Below are positions 63,760 to 64,000 of a stretch of 64,000 bases of DNA, one piece after another (position 1 is the first letter of the stretch; each line of letters begins with the position of its first letter). Below the pieces are notes generated by a model. That model was not told the origin of the DNA, ran no database searches, and was given only the letters and a program-made list of their open reading frames with translations. Origin of the DNA: Phoronis australis (lineage: Eukaryota; Animalia; Phoronida); NCBI GenBank assembly GCA_002633005.1, contig NMRA01000227.1, forward strand, positions 76,748 through 140,747. Direction: 5' to 3'. Made by a program: the position numbers and the translations under genes.

Positions 63760-64000
63760 GTAAGTACAACAAATCTCATTCAACTGTATTTGGTCTTCCT
63801 GCAGCCTATATGATGACTACCATGTAATGGTCATTCTTTTGTGTAAAGTTGGTAAAAATTATGAACTTAGGACAACGATTTATTAAGGTCACTGCTTACC
63901 TTGGTTACCGAGGACCACGTTTCTTGTAATATCACTAGAAATATTGATTTTCAGTAACTATGTAAAACCATAATCCATGAAGTCGATAATGTGAACAAAA

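Overview
Eukaryotic, animal-type genomic DNA: AT-rich, with spliceosomal introns and many DNA transposons. No prokaryotic operon or CRISPR array was found. Three host genes can be assembled by hand. (1) A 13-exon testis-specific Ser/Thr kinase (TSSK)-like gene on + (6431-23722). Its kinase domain is intact, it uses at least one GC-AG intron, and it has a long C-terminal tail. (2) A 22-coding-exon ANKRD27/VARP orthologue on - (55078-25972), tail-to-tail with the kinase. It has the VPS9 domain, two CHPLCxCxxC zinc motifs and ankyrin repeats. (3) Part of RNF185/RNF5 on + (62750 onward), divergent from ANKRD27; its first coding exon is probably in the N gap. Mobile DNA includes an apparently intact Merlin element with ~455-bp TIRs, two internally deleted Kolobok elements (THAP-transposase plus convergent KolX/P2X7-ballast-like gene), a decayed LINE, four Helentron-type non-autonomous repeats and several MITEs. 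The most notable observations are two actobindin/WH2-like motifs in the VARP last exon, an AKAP-type amphipathic helix in the kinase tail, and tandem repeats that duplicate splice sites at four places across all three genes. All exon coordinates were read by eye.
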